A stretch of 64,000 bases of DNA from an uncultured virus (IMG/VR IMGVR_UViG_3300023109_000016) (lineage: Duplodnaviria > Heunggongvirae > Uroviricota > Caudoviricetes), in IMG/VR virus record IMGVR_UViG_3300023109_000016, one strand, 5' to 3'. The notes below the pieces were generated by a model that did not search any database, was not told the origin of the DNA, and saw only the letters and a list, made by a program, of their open reading frames with translations. The stretch's first letter is position 1. Each line of letters begins with the position of its first letter. Positions 18,231 through 27,203 of this stretch are shown piece after piece. A program made the translations under genes and the position numbers.

Positions 18231-18701
18231 ATGGTAAATATGAACGAAATTGAGAACTTCCTTGCGGAAGTAGAAGCACAAGCAGGTAGCAAGACCCCCC
18301 CAAGGTATATTAACAGGGATAGACTCGTTGTTGGAATTGATGACGAAACTGGATACAGCGAGATTCACTCTGGCTACATCCTTGAAGGATATACATCAGG
18401 TATTGAAGGTCAATACGGTGAATCCACCGCTACCAGACTCATTAGTCCAGAAGGCAGGAGACTGACTCTCTGGCTAACTGGCTATGAGCAAGAACACCTA
18501 AAGGCTTTCCTAAGCAACGCTTCGGAAGAGGGTGCTTCCTTCCCTATGGAAGTTAAGTTCCTAAGGCACAAGGTTGCCAGTAAGAACGGTAGGAAGTATA
18601 ACAGGTTCTCCTGTCAACTTCTCTCTCATGGAGATGCTCTAACGGTTCCACCTGTTCCAGAGGACCAATACGAGGATGCTCCTGAAGCAACCGAGGCTTG
18701 A
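18231..18701 (+). CDS. Putative single-stranded DNA-binding protein (OB fold, acidic tail)
   Basis: GQYGES, KVASKNGRKYNRF beta-hairpin, acidic C-tail; C-ending codons suggest high expression. Confidence 0.5.
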   Translation: MVNMNEIENFLAEVEAQAGSKTPPRYINRDRLVVGIDDETGYSEIHSGYILEGYTSGIEGQYGESTATRLISPEGRRLTLWLTGYEQEHLKAFLSNASEEGASFPMEVKFLRHKVASKNGRKYNRFSCQLLSHGDALTVPPVPEDQYEDAPEATEA

Positions 18702-18836
18702 ATAGGCTAAAGGTCTTTTCGGATAGTTTCATCTAACTCCAATCCTGCGGGATTCGGGTCTCATTTTTAAATTTCCAATTGGATTTTTCATTTTAGTTTA
18801 GTTTTTTTCGGCTTTTATCCGAATATTTATATAGGT

Positions 18837-19538
18837 CTAATTCTTTTGGAAAGGATTAGAATCCCAATTGAGGAATTTAGTTTTATTTAAGTTTAAGAAA
18901 TCAGACAATTTGATAATTTTATATTGATAGCCCTGTTCCAAGAATTTTTTATCTAAAAAAACAGATTCTGAGGGTTTTGAAGGGATTTTTTCTAAATGAT
19001 ACCTGAAAACATAAGAAAATCCTCTTATAACCATTTTTTCATTAGGAGGTTCTCCATCTAAACAAGAAAACCCTAATGACCTACTACTATTACTTATTCT
19101 AAACCTAAATCTCGGCTCCAATTCGTTTCTCCAATTAGTTAAACCCTTATAAGTAATAGAGAAATCAAGATATTCCTTACTTGGATTTCTTATTGTAATC
19201 GCTTCATATCTCAAAAGCAAACCTTCCCTATCATCACAAGTAGTTGAAGGAGCAGTCAAAATTCCATTTAAACTTACTTCTCCAGAAGGAGATATCTTAT
19301 ATGAAATGTAAGGGATGCCAGCATCCTTTCTGTTCAATTGAGTCATAAAAGTTATAAAATCAACGCCCATATAAGACATTCTCTCAATGTCGTTAGTAAT
19401 TATTTTTGTATTTAAAGAATAATAATCTAAAAAAGGAGGTTTATCACTTTGCAAATCAATTGAAAATTTCTCTTTACCGTATTTTTCAATCAGTTTTATA
19501 ATCAACCCTTCTTTTTCAGGTATTCTAATTTTACTCAT
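18837..19538 (-). CDS. Hypothetical protein with C-terminal FLNW tag
   Basis: Ends KFLNWDSNPFQKN. Confidence 0.8.
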   Translation of the reverse strand: MSKIRIPEKEGLIIKLIEKYGKEKFSIDLQSDKPPFLDYYSLNTKIITNDIERMSYMGVDFITFMTQLNRKDAGIPYISYKISPSGEVSLNGILTAPSTTCDDREGLLLRYEAITIRNPSKEYLDFSITYKGLTNWRNELEPRFRFRISNSSRSLGFSCLDGEPPNEKMVIRGFSYVFRYHLEKIPSKPSESVFLDKKFLEQGYQYKIIKLSDFLNLNKTKFLNWDSNPFQKN

Positions 19539-20110
19539 TTTTCACCCTCCAAGGGATTAGAATCCCAATTCATAAATATTGAATCCGAATTTCCAATCAA
19601 ATACGATACATCAAGGGCGGTAAGCCCTCCCTTAGATTGTGTCCATATCTTACCTACGAAAACCTCGTCTAAGAAGGATTTTTTTTGGTTTTCCTTATAT
19701 TCTTCTGTAACTACAGGATACTTGCCTTTCAAATTAGGCTTATTAGAGAAATTTATTCCACTTTCGCCTATGAGCATATCGCCCATATCATCAGCAACCA
19801 AGTAACAATACTGAAAATTGTCAAAATCTATTTTAGAAGATTGAAGCAAACCAATCAATGTATAAAGTCTATGAGGAGCGGGATAAACATTTTGATAAAT
19901 CAAATAAGTTTTACCAATTAATCTCGGTTTTAAAAATATTTCATAAAAAGGAACCGATTTAGATTCCAACTTCTTAATTTCTTCTTTCAATCCATTCTTG
20001 TATATGTCAATCCACCACTTGTCAGAAACAGCCGTGAATAATCCTCTATAAGGAGTTCCCCATTTTTCTCCCAAAGCCTTCAATTGTTTTTGGAAATCCT
20101 CCATATTCAT
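19535..20110 (-). CDS. Hypothetical protein with C-terminal FMNW tag
   Basis: Ends IFMNWDSNPLEGEK. Confidence 0.8.
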   Translation of the reverse strand: MNMEDFQKQLKALGEKWGTPYRGLFTAVSDKWWIDIYKNGLKEEIKKLESKSVPFYEIFLKPRLIGKTYLIYQNVYPAPHRLYTLIGLLQSSKIDFDNFQYCYLVADDMGDMLIGESGINFSNKPNLKGKYPVVTEEYKENQKKSFLDEVFVGKIWTQSKGGLTALDVSYLIGNSDSIFMNWDSNPLEGEK

Positions 20111-20239
20111 TTTTCACCCTCCTGCACCTTTAACATGATAAAGCCCTCTTACCTCCAGATACTCCTCATTCCGATACTTAAAACCTCTCTCTCAATCGTG
20201 CAGGTCATTTTTATATAGGTATCATAATGATGGGTGAGC

Positions 20240-21922
20240 ATGGAGCCTATTGCTAAAGAGTTGTATGAGTATGTTAAATCATGCTCAAACAGTTTTGAAG
20301 TAATCTCTACTTCGTTAGAAGAAGTGTATAATCAAATGCTTTTCGCAGATGAAGTGGAAGGTTCTGGATTCTGTATCAAGATTAATACCAAAGGCATTGT
20401 TAATGAAAAAGCAGGTGGCGGAAGGCTAATAATTGATTTCACAGTTTCCGATGGAGAGTATTCTATTCCTTGTGTAGTTCATAATGCTGAAGAAGTGTAT
20501 TTAGAAGGGGCTATGGAAAAAGAAGAGATGACGAACTTTCTTAAGATTTTAACAAAAAGCCAAAAACAAGGTAAAAGAGTTGAGTTGAAGGGAAAGTTTA
20601 TTAATTATGGAAAGAAAAGAGTTTGGCTTTGTTCAAAAGTAAGGATTGATGAGGGTTTGAAAGAATCTCAATTAAACGATGGGCAATTTATTATGTTTAA
20701 ATCATTATGCAAAAAGCATAATACTACGCCTATGGAATTAATGATGAGAGATGATACTCTTTGGGCTGAATTGTTTGCTAAAGATTTTTTGAAAAAAGCA
20801 GTATTGCTTTATTGCCTGAATCCTCTACAAAAACAAGATATGATTCACATAGGCATCGTTTCTTCACATGGAGAAGGTAAAGACCACTTGGTTGAGAATG
20901 TAATTCAAAAGTTAGTTCCTTGCAGAATGGCAGGTTCTGGAAAAATGGCTACCATTCCGGGATTGTTTGGTGCAATGTCTGGAGATGATTTGAATGCTAT
21001 TGAAATTGGATTGCTTCCTAAGATGAATCATGAAAGAGTAGCCGTTTCTGAATTTCAAACATGGAATGATGATACATTTGGTGAATTAATGAATATGATG
21101 GCAAATGGGAAAATTGAAATGCAGAAAGGAGCATTAGATGTTCAAAGGCAAACGGTTCTTAATTTGATGTTTATGGGTAATCCTCCGCATTATTATGATG
21201 AAGATAAACACGATAAAAAAGTCATGCTTGATGCTTTTGGTCAATACACCTTCCAAATTATTTCAAGATTGACGCTTATTTTCACACAACTTTCTTTAAG
21301 CGGAGATTCTGCAGTTCAAGAAATTAGAAATGCGATTATTTCTTCAATGGATGGAGACTTCAAAAAAGAATCTGTGAAAGAAAGCCTTGAGGTATGGAGA
21401 GCGTTCTTTAGAGAATATTTAAGGTATGTTTCAAAAATGAAACCTTTGCTTAGAGATTATATTCCCAGAATCAATAGCACTTATGATGAAATTGAAGCAA
21501 GACCTCAATTTCAAAATGCTTTCTGCATTAGAACGGCTACAGATAATAGGAAATATCAAGAATTCGCTAATCTGGTAAGGGCTTTTGCAAGACTACAAGG
21601 AGATGAAAGAATTACTTGGCATCATCTTTGTGAGGCAAGAGATATTTTTGAATTAAGCCTTCAAACTCTTACAGAAGAATTCCCACTTACGGCTATGATT
21701 GAAGGAATCACGCCTGAAATTATTGAGATTTACAAGCAATTAGTTGCAAAGTGTCCAATGGCTGATAACATTAAAGAATTAAAATCTCATGTTAAAATGA
21801 CAAATAATCAATTAGATATTTTGATTAGAAGCGGTGCAATTACGAAATTTAATGATGGCCCTATGATTGTAAATGAAGATTGGATTGGAAAAGTTGAAGG
21901 AGGTGAGCAATTTGTCCAATGA
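20240..21922 (+). CDS. mcm: Divergent MCM-family replicative helicase
   Basis: IHIGIVSSHGEGKD (Walker A), AVSEFQ (Walker B), MANGKIEMQKG (PS1), MGNP, ISRL (Arg finger), RKYQEFANLVRAFARL (sensor 2); ORF 20234..21922. Confidence 0.75.
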   Translation: MEPIAKELYEYVKSCSNSFEVISTSLEEVYNQMLFADEVEGSGFCIKINTKGIVNEKAGGGRLIIDFTVSDGEYSIPCVVHNAEEVYLEGAMEKEEMTNFLKILTKSQKQGKRVELKGKFINYGKKRVWLCSKVRIDEGLKESQLNDGQFIMFKSLCKKHNTTPMELMMRDDTLWAELFAKDFLKKAVLLYCLNPLQKQDMIHIGIVSSHGEGKDHLVENVIQKLVPCRMAGSGKMATIPGLFGAMSGDDLNAIEIGLLPKMNHERVAVSEFQTWNDDTFGELMNMMANGKIEMQKGALDVQRQTVLNLMFMGNPPHYYDEDKHDKKVMLDAFGQYTFQIISRLTLIFTQLSLSGDSAVQEIRNAIISSMDGDFKKESVKESLEVWRAFFREYLRYVSKMKPLLRDYIPRINSTYDEIEARPQFQNAFCIRTATDNRKYQEFANLVRAFARLQGDERITWHHLCEARDIFELSLQTLTEEFPLTAMIEGITPEIIEIYKQLVAKCPMADNIKELKSHVKMTNNQLDILIRSGAITKFNDGPMIVNEDWIGKVEGGEQFVQ

Positions 21923-22220
21923 AACTATGGAGGCTTTGGAAACTTGGCAGTATCTTAGGTCTTCTTATTATCCAAGATTTGTTGAAGGAATTACACAGTT
22001 GCCTTGGGACCAAAGGTTTGAAGTTCTTAAAATAATTCATGGTGCATGGGAAGATAGGGGGGAAGACCCCGTTGAAGCCATGATGGAATATGTGTTTGAA
22101 AAAACATACTTTGCCCTATTCTGCAAAGGAGTCGTAGTCAATCCAAATGGGTCTTTTAAACTACATAATTTAATTTCACACAACCTTGGTAAAGTAGGAA
22201 TCTGTGATGAAAGATTTTAA
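21873..22220 (+). CDS. Hypothetical protein coupled to MCM
   Basis: Overlaps MCM end; a GGAGGTGA SD near 21899 suggests a later start (TTG 21912). Confidence 0.6.
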   Translation: MKIGLEKLKEVSNLSNETMEALETWQYLRSSYYPRFVEGITQLPWDQRFEVLKIIHGAWEDRGEDPVEAMMEYVFEKTYFALFCKGVVVNPNGSFKLHNLISHNLGKVGICDERF

Positions 22221-22303
22221 ATAGCAAAACCTTTATTTTTAACTTATGAAGAGTAAAGATGAGATATTGGCTAATCTTTATGAATCTTTTAGTGAGTGAT
22301 ACT

Positions 22304-22966
22304 ATGGGCGAAATAAATTGGGCAACTCAAGAAGTTATCATTAATCCTAAATTGCTGGATATGATTCCTAAATTAAATTCTTGGTTGCCTCCAGACTATA
22401 TTAAAGAGATTGATAGAGATGTTCAAGTTTACTTAAATTATAAAGATGATTGGTTTACTATGGAAGATTTTGATAATTTAACTGCCATAGAAATTGCAAA
22501 TAATCCAGCAAATAATTTATATTTGAAAAATACTAAAACTACTGCTTATGATTTAACATTGTTTTGCTCTGCATGGAAAAGAAATCCCGAATCCGTTCCT
22601 CATAATTCTGTTTTATCTTGGGCGAAAAAAGTGAGTAAAATTTTTGGGTTTGGGCCTGTGTGGGGAGAAACACATAACGGTTTGGCAGAAATTGATGATG
22701 CAAACATAAGAAATGCAATTTATGATTTTAATAACCCTAAACCCAAATTATACAGAGAATTTACAAGAGTAAATATCTTAAGTTTCATTCCTAAGGGATT
22801 CTTTATTCTTCCAATTCAACAATATCCATTTATGAATTTCTGGGAAACGCCTTTCCTTAAGAAAAAGAAAGTTAAACCGAAGAAAACAACAAAATCTAAG
22901 ACTCAAGCGAGAAGAAAGACCAATCCACATTGGGATGATTCTTTTGATTCACTTTTTGAAAAATAG
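22304..22966 (+). CDS. Hypothetical protein with sub-terminal FMNFW..PF tag and basic tail
   Basis: ORF 22259..22966; PFMNFWETPFLKKKK; GAGTGA SD before ATG 22304. Confidence 0.75.
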   Translation: MGEINWATQEVIINPKLLDMIPKLNSWLPPDYIKEIDRDVQVYLNYKDDWFTMEDFDNLTAIEIANNPANNLYLKNTKTTAYDLTLFCSAWKRNPESVPHNSVLSWAKKVSKIFGFGPVWGETHNGLAEIDDANIRNAIYDFNNPKPKLYREFTRVNILSFIPKGFFILPIQQYPFMNFWETPFLKKKKVKPKKTTKSKTQARRKTNPHWDDSFDSLFEK

Positions 22967-23020
22967 GAGCCCTCATAAAATAAAGATAGCATTAAATAGG
23001 TGTTTAGATTCATTTACAGT

Positions 23021-23944
23021 ATGGCTATCAATCCTGCGGCACAACAAAGGGCTTTATTAGCCATTAAAATGATGATTGATGACCAATTAGGAATCATGAA
23101 AGCCGCACAGATTGCCAAGACATCCAGAAGAACGATTCACAAAGTTATGAAACTTTTAGGAATTAGAACAAAGATGGAAAAAGGAAAACTAACCATTATT
23201 AAATCAACTGCTGAAAAGATGATTGATTTTATTACTTATATGTCTCAAGGTAATTCCGCAACCAAGTCTGCAAAAATGGCAAAAACAACAGTTAGAACAA
23301 TGGCGAGGCAAACGGTTGATGGAAATCCAATCATTGTTAAAGAAGGTGTTTTCTGGAAATTGAATGCTTATCCTCTTTACACCCACAGCATGGTTATTTA
23401 CGGACATATCGTAGGCTTAGATGGAGGAATCCAAGGACAACATATTGAAGATGATGGCTCTATTAGGTCTCCTGATGCACCAGATATTTGGTGGCAAATT
23501 GATTTTGATGAATTTCAAAGCACCTTACCCGAAGAAGAAGTTGGAGAATTCTATAAAGATGAGATTGTATCCTATTTGAGAGATATCTTGGAAATTCCTA
23601 TTCAAGTTAATGAGGTTTTGGCAGAAAGGTTTTTAGGCAACGATGATGTGTTAGCAGATGCTATATTTGAAGGAAGAGTAGATGCTGATGGAAATATGCT
23701 GGTTACACCTCTTGAGAATATTTTAAGTAGGTATCAAGTTAAGTTGTATGATTATGTTAATTACGGAATTGATGATAATCATATGATGAGAGAATTAGGT
23801 TTAATATCAGTCCCTAATATGGGTGATAGAGTAGCAACAGGTTTGTTCCAAATCTTTTTCGTTAAGGATGAACCTTTGGCTTATCCTCCTTCAGGACCTT
23901 TGGAAATTGATTTTGAGTATAACTTAAGAGATGAAAGGTTTTAA
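23021..23944 (+). CDS. Protein with two N-terminal HTH-like repeats
   Basis: GIMKAAQIAKTSRRTI / SATKSAKMAKTTVRTM; ORF 23000..23944. Confidence 0.65.
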   Translation: MAINPAAQQRALLAIKMMIDDQLGIMKAAQIAKTSRRTIHKVMKLLGIRTKMEKGKLTIIKSTAEKMIDFITYMSQGNSATKSAKMAKTTVRTMARQTVDGNPIIVKEGVFWKLNAYPLYTHSMVIYGHIVGLDGGIQGQHIEDDGSIRSPDAPDIWWQIDFDEFQSTLPEEEVGEFYKDEIVSYLRDILEIPIQVNEVLAERFLGNDDVLADAIFEGRVDADGNMLVTPLENILSRYQVKLYDYVNYGIDDNHMMRELGLISVPNMGDRVATGLFQIFFVKDEPLAYPPSGPLEIDFEYNLRDERF

Positions 23945-23968
23945 GTATCAAAAAGTTAATTCTTGACT

Positions 23969-24967
23969 ATGGCTTCATTTAATTTAAAAGATTTAGGCCT
24001 TGTAGCAGTCCCACTTTTGCTTATTGGAGCATTAGTTATGGATAGAAAACAAGACGACCATCCTATGCCTTTGAAGCCTACCAGACCTTCAAATGATGAC
24101 TTTGCAAGACCTTCCAGAAGAAGGAGAAGGAGAGTCAAAGATGATTTATTTAATCAAAAAGTAGATGAAGATTATTTCAAAGCCGATGATGATGATGATG
24201 AAGAAGATGAAGAAGAAGGTCAAGAATATGATGCATTTACAGAAGATTGCAGAGTCTGTGCCAGACCTTATGAAATCAACAAATTGGGTTGGACTTTAAT
24301 CAACCATTTTATGAAAGAAAGTCAAAACGGTCAATTAGGATGGTATCATTCCAAAAGAAACCCTGAGGGAGTAAGAAAAACTGCAAGAAATATTGCAGGA
24401 TATGAATTGTCTTCCTATGGAACAGGGGCTCTTGAGCATTATTACGATGAGGGCAATAGAAGTAAAATTTTTGGTCAAGTCATTGTTTTGCTTAGGAACT
24501 CTTTGGTTTCAAATATTCTTGCCGGAGATTATATCAATTTCATTGAAATGATGGATATTGATGATGTAGATGATGAGCCAAGATTTGGGAAGGATTTTGG
24601 AGAAAGATGGGAAAGCGAAGATTTTTTTTTAGAAACTGAAGTCTTTAATCATGAAGAACATGATGAGATTGACCATTTGATTGAAGAACTTGATAAACTT
24701 ACTGCTTTTTGCATTCAATTCCTCCATGATGGAGTATATGGAGGAGAATCTCAAGGAATGCAAGATTTAGGAGACGATATAAAAGAAGAAAGAGTAAGAT
24801 ATGTTGAAGGCTCTATTGAATTAAAATTCGTTTATGAAGAAGGAGATTTAACTTTGATTAGGGCTTCTTACACAAACGACCCTGAGAGCCCTGTTATTTA
24901 CTTGCCTCCTGCGGCTTATCTTAAAACTAAACCAGATAACCCCAGAGGCGGCGGTCATGAACATTGA
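23969..24967 (+). CDS. N-terminally membrane-anchored acidic protein (AE-linker family)
   Basis: N-terminal TM, poly-Arg then poly-acidic tracts, YFKADD, WESED; TTTAAGTATC promoter. Confidence 0.7.
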   Translation: MASFNLKDLGLVAVPLLLIGALVMDRKQDDHPMPLKPTRPSNDDFARPSRRRRRRVKDDLFNQKVDEDYFKADDDDDEEDEEEGQEYDAFTEDCRVCARPYEINKLGWTLINHFMKESQNGQLGWYHSKRNPEGVRKTARNIAGYELSSYGTGALEHYYDEGNRSKIFGQVIVLLRNSLVSNILAGDYINFIEMMDIDDVDDEPRFGKDFGERWESEDFFLETEVFNHEEHDEIDHLIEELDKLTAFCIQFLHDGVYGGESQGMQDLGDDIKEERVRYVEGSIELKFVYEEGDLTLIRASYTNDPESPVIYLPPAAYLKTKPDNPRGGGHEH

Positions 24968-25586
24968 TAAAAAAATTCCTGTTTTATTGACAGGAGTAGC
25001 CTTATTCGCTTTAATTGGTAAAAATAAAGATTTTGATTTATTTGGTGCGGAATCTGATGCCGCTAAATTGAAGAAATATGAAAAAACCTATGGTAAAGAA
25101 GGTGCTAAGGTAAGGCTAAGATTGTTAAAAAGCATTAAAAAAGGAGATACGCATGGAACTAAATCAGGTCAATGGTCTGCCAGAAAATCTCAATTATTAA
25201 CAAAAGAATATGAAGCCGCTATGAAGAAGAAAGGTAAAAAACCATATAAGTCTTCAAAAAGAACCAAGGCTCAAAAGGATTTGAAAAATTGGGGAGACCA
25301 AAAATGGAGAACTAAATCGGGTAAGAAATCCTTTGTAACGGGAGAAAGATATCTTCCAGAAAAGGCAATTAAGGCTTTAACTGACAAAGAATATAAAAGA
25401 ACCTCAGCCGCTAAAAGACAGGCTAAAAAAGCAGGTAAGCAGTTTTCCAAACAACCTAAAGACATTGCTAAAAAGGTTGCAAAATACAGAGCCGAATATA
25501 AAATCGGAACTCAAGGACCTTGTTGGGATGGATATACTTATGTAGGTCCAAAACCTTATGCTCAAGGCTCTTGTAGGAAGGATTAA
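24957..25586 (+). CDS. Membrane-anchored basic protein (WSARKSQL domain plus PCWDGY module; AE-linker family)
   Basis: TM, LFGAES, Lys-rich domain resembling phage DUF5872-type proteins, YRAE, GPCWDGY. Confidence 0.75.
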   Translation: MNIDKKIPVLLTGVALFALIGKNKDFDLFGAESDAAKLKKYEKTYGKEGAKVRLRLLKSIKKGDTHGTKSGQWSARKSQLLTKEYEAAMKKKGKKPYKSSKRTKAQKDLKNWGDQKWRTKSGKKSFVTGERYLPEKAIKALTDKEYKRTSAAKRQAKKAGKQFSKQPKDIAKKVAKYRAEYKIGTQGPCWDGYTYVGPKPYAQGSCRKD

Positions 25587-25682
25587 AATGCAATTTTTTG
25601 ATTTAGAAATATCGGATAGTTCTAACATCCCCAGATTGCTTGATAGGAGAATTACTGATTATGAATTGGAATCAAGACCCTT

Positions 25683-26588
25683 TCACAAAACAGTAAGCGT
25701 AACCAAAGCCTTTTCCTTGTGCTTCGCTTCAACCATGATGTCTATATTATTACCATAAGTATTAACAGGACCATAAGTAAGGTCTGAATGGGCAGGAGTA
25801 GGCACTTCTCCACCCTCATGGAGAGATTTAGACTCTGAATAATGAACCACAGGAGTAATGCCCTCAGGCCATGTAGCCATAGCCATTTCTAAAGCCTCTT
25901 GCTTAGACATATCACCCGTCTTGAAAATGTGATGATGATAATCAAAAACAATAGGGATGCCAATCTTTTCATAAACGCCATAATACAAATCATAAGTGGA
26001 AAAAAGATTCATTCTGTCATCATTCTCAACTGTAAGCCTTGCTTGAGCATTAGGACTAAGTAGTTTAAAGTTAAAACAAAACCTTGCAAGTGCGGCATCG
26101 GGTTCTCCGTAAGCACCACCAACATGGATGTTAATCTTGTTGTAAACAGAAGGTTCAAAACCCATGTAATCAAACATCTTGGAATGACACTCAAGGTCAA
26201 GCAAAGCCTTGTGAACTACATCTGGGTTGGGAGATGCAAGAACATTGAAAGGGCCGGGGTGTGTAGTAAGTCTGTGATTGTTTGCAGTAGCATAAGAGCC
26301 AATTTCTGCGAGAAGGCTAATGATTACATCACCATTAGGCAAATCTTCCAACTCATAGCCTAATTCTGGATGCGACCAAAAAGGGAAAATCCCTGAAGAA
26401 ATCCTCATAAATCTAAGATTGTTTACTTCATTCCATTGAAGAATAGTTTTAAGGTCTGTAAGGTTTGCAATAATAAGTTCTGAAAGGTAGCCGTAGCCTT
26501 CTTTAAGAAGAGTAGCCTTTCTGAGAGTTCTGTTGGTAAAAACCTTCTGCTCTCTTAGTTCCATGTTGATACAAGCATATCCAAGCAT
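25683..26588 (-). CDS. uvsE: UV DNA damage endonuclease UvsE/UVDE
   Basis: LGYACIN, FMRISS, HPGPF..LAS, NIHVGG, VENDD, VFDYHHH, HYSES, HSD, MVEAKHKE; ORF 25683..26657, start at MLGYAC. Confidence 0.95.
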   Translation of the reverse strand: MLGYACINMELREQKVFTNRTLRKATLLKEGYGYLSELIIANLTDLKTILQWNEVNNLRFMRISSGIFPFWSHPELGYELEDLPNGDVIISLLAEIGSYATANNHRLTTHPGPFNVLASPNPDVVHKALLDLECHSKMFDYMGFEPSVYNKINIHVGGAYGEPDAALARFCFNFKLLSPNAQARLTVENDDRMNLFSTYDLYYGVYEKIGIPIVFDYHHHIFKTGDMSKQEALEMAMATWPEGITPVVHYSESKSLHEGGEVPTPAHSDLTYGPVNTYGNNIDIMVEAKHKEKALVTLTVL

Positions 26589-26667
26589 AGTTGTGGGATT
26601 ATACACACACATATAAATATGTCGTTCCGATAAATGTTTAAATACTACAGGCCTCATAGGTGATAAT

Positions 26668-26970
26668 ATGGGACAATTTTATCCAAATCCTAAATTCAAG
26701 ACCATCACGAATTACGATGGCGGCGACTGTATTGCATGGTGCATTGAAAAAGAAGGCGTTATTCATATGGCTAATGTCTGGGTTCACCCCGAAGCAAGAG
26801 GCGAGGGCAGAGGTATGCAAATGATGGAAGAGGTTAGAAATCATTTTCCCAAGCATCAAATCATTACTGATTATAACGAAACATCTCAAGGATTCTGGAA
26901 AAAGGTCTTTGAAGCAGGACACATTGATGAGGTCGTTGACCATAATTTTGTTTTTGAGTGGGTTTATTGA
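26668..26970 (+). CDS. GNAT-family acetyltransferase
   Basis: VWVHPEARGEGRG acetyl-CoA motif, SQGFWKK. Confidence 0.85.
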   Translation: MGQFYPNPKFKTITNYDGGDCIAWCIEKEGVIHMANVWVHPEARGEGRGMQMMEEVRNHFPKHQIITDYNETSQGFWKKVFEAGHIDEVVDHNFVFEWVY

Positions 26971-27005
26971 TAATATTTATATAGGTATTATAACAACCCC
27001 TATTC

Positions 27006-27167
27006 ATGAAGCAAAATATTGATAAGATTGGCTTTGGATTCAGCATGGCTTCCATTTTGGGTTCTATTTATGCATATACCGTTGACGAACACCTTGGACT
27101 ATTTATTGGTCTATGGGCTTCTGCCATTATGATTGGCAGTAAGAGAATCCACGATTGGTATAATTGA
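27006..27167 (+). CDS. Small 2-TM membrane protein (not in ORF track)
   Basis: 53 aa MKQNIDKIGFGFSMASILGSIYAYTVDEHLGLFIGLWASAIMIGSKRIHDWYN; TTTATATAGGTAT promoter. Confidence 0.65.
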   Translation: MKQNIDKIGFGFSMASILGSIYAYTVDEHLGLFIGLWASAIMIGSKRIHDWYN

Positions 27168-27203
27168 TGAAACCTTATATAGGTATCATATTTCATAGTA
27201 ATC

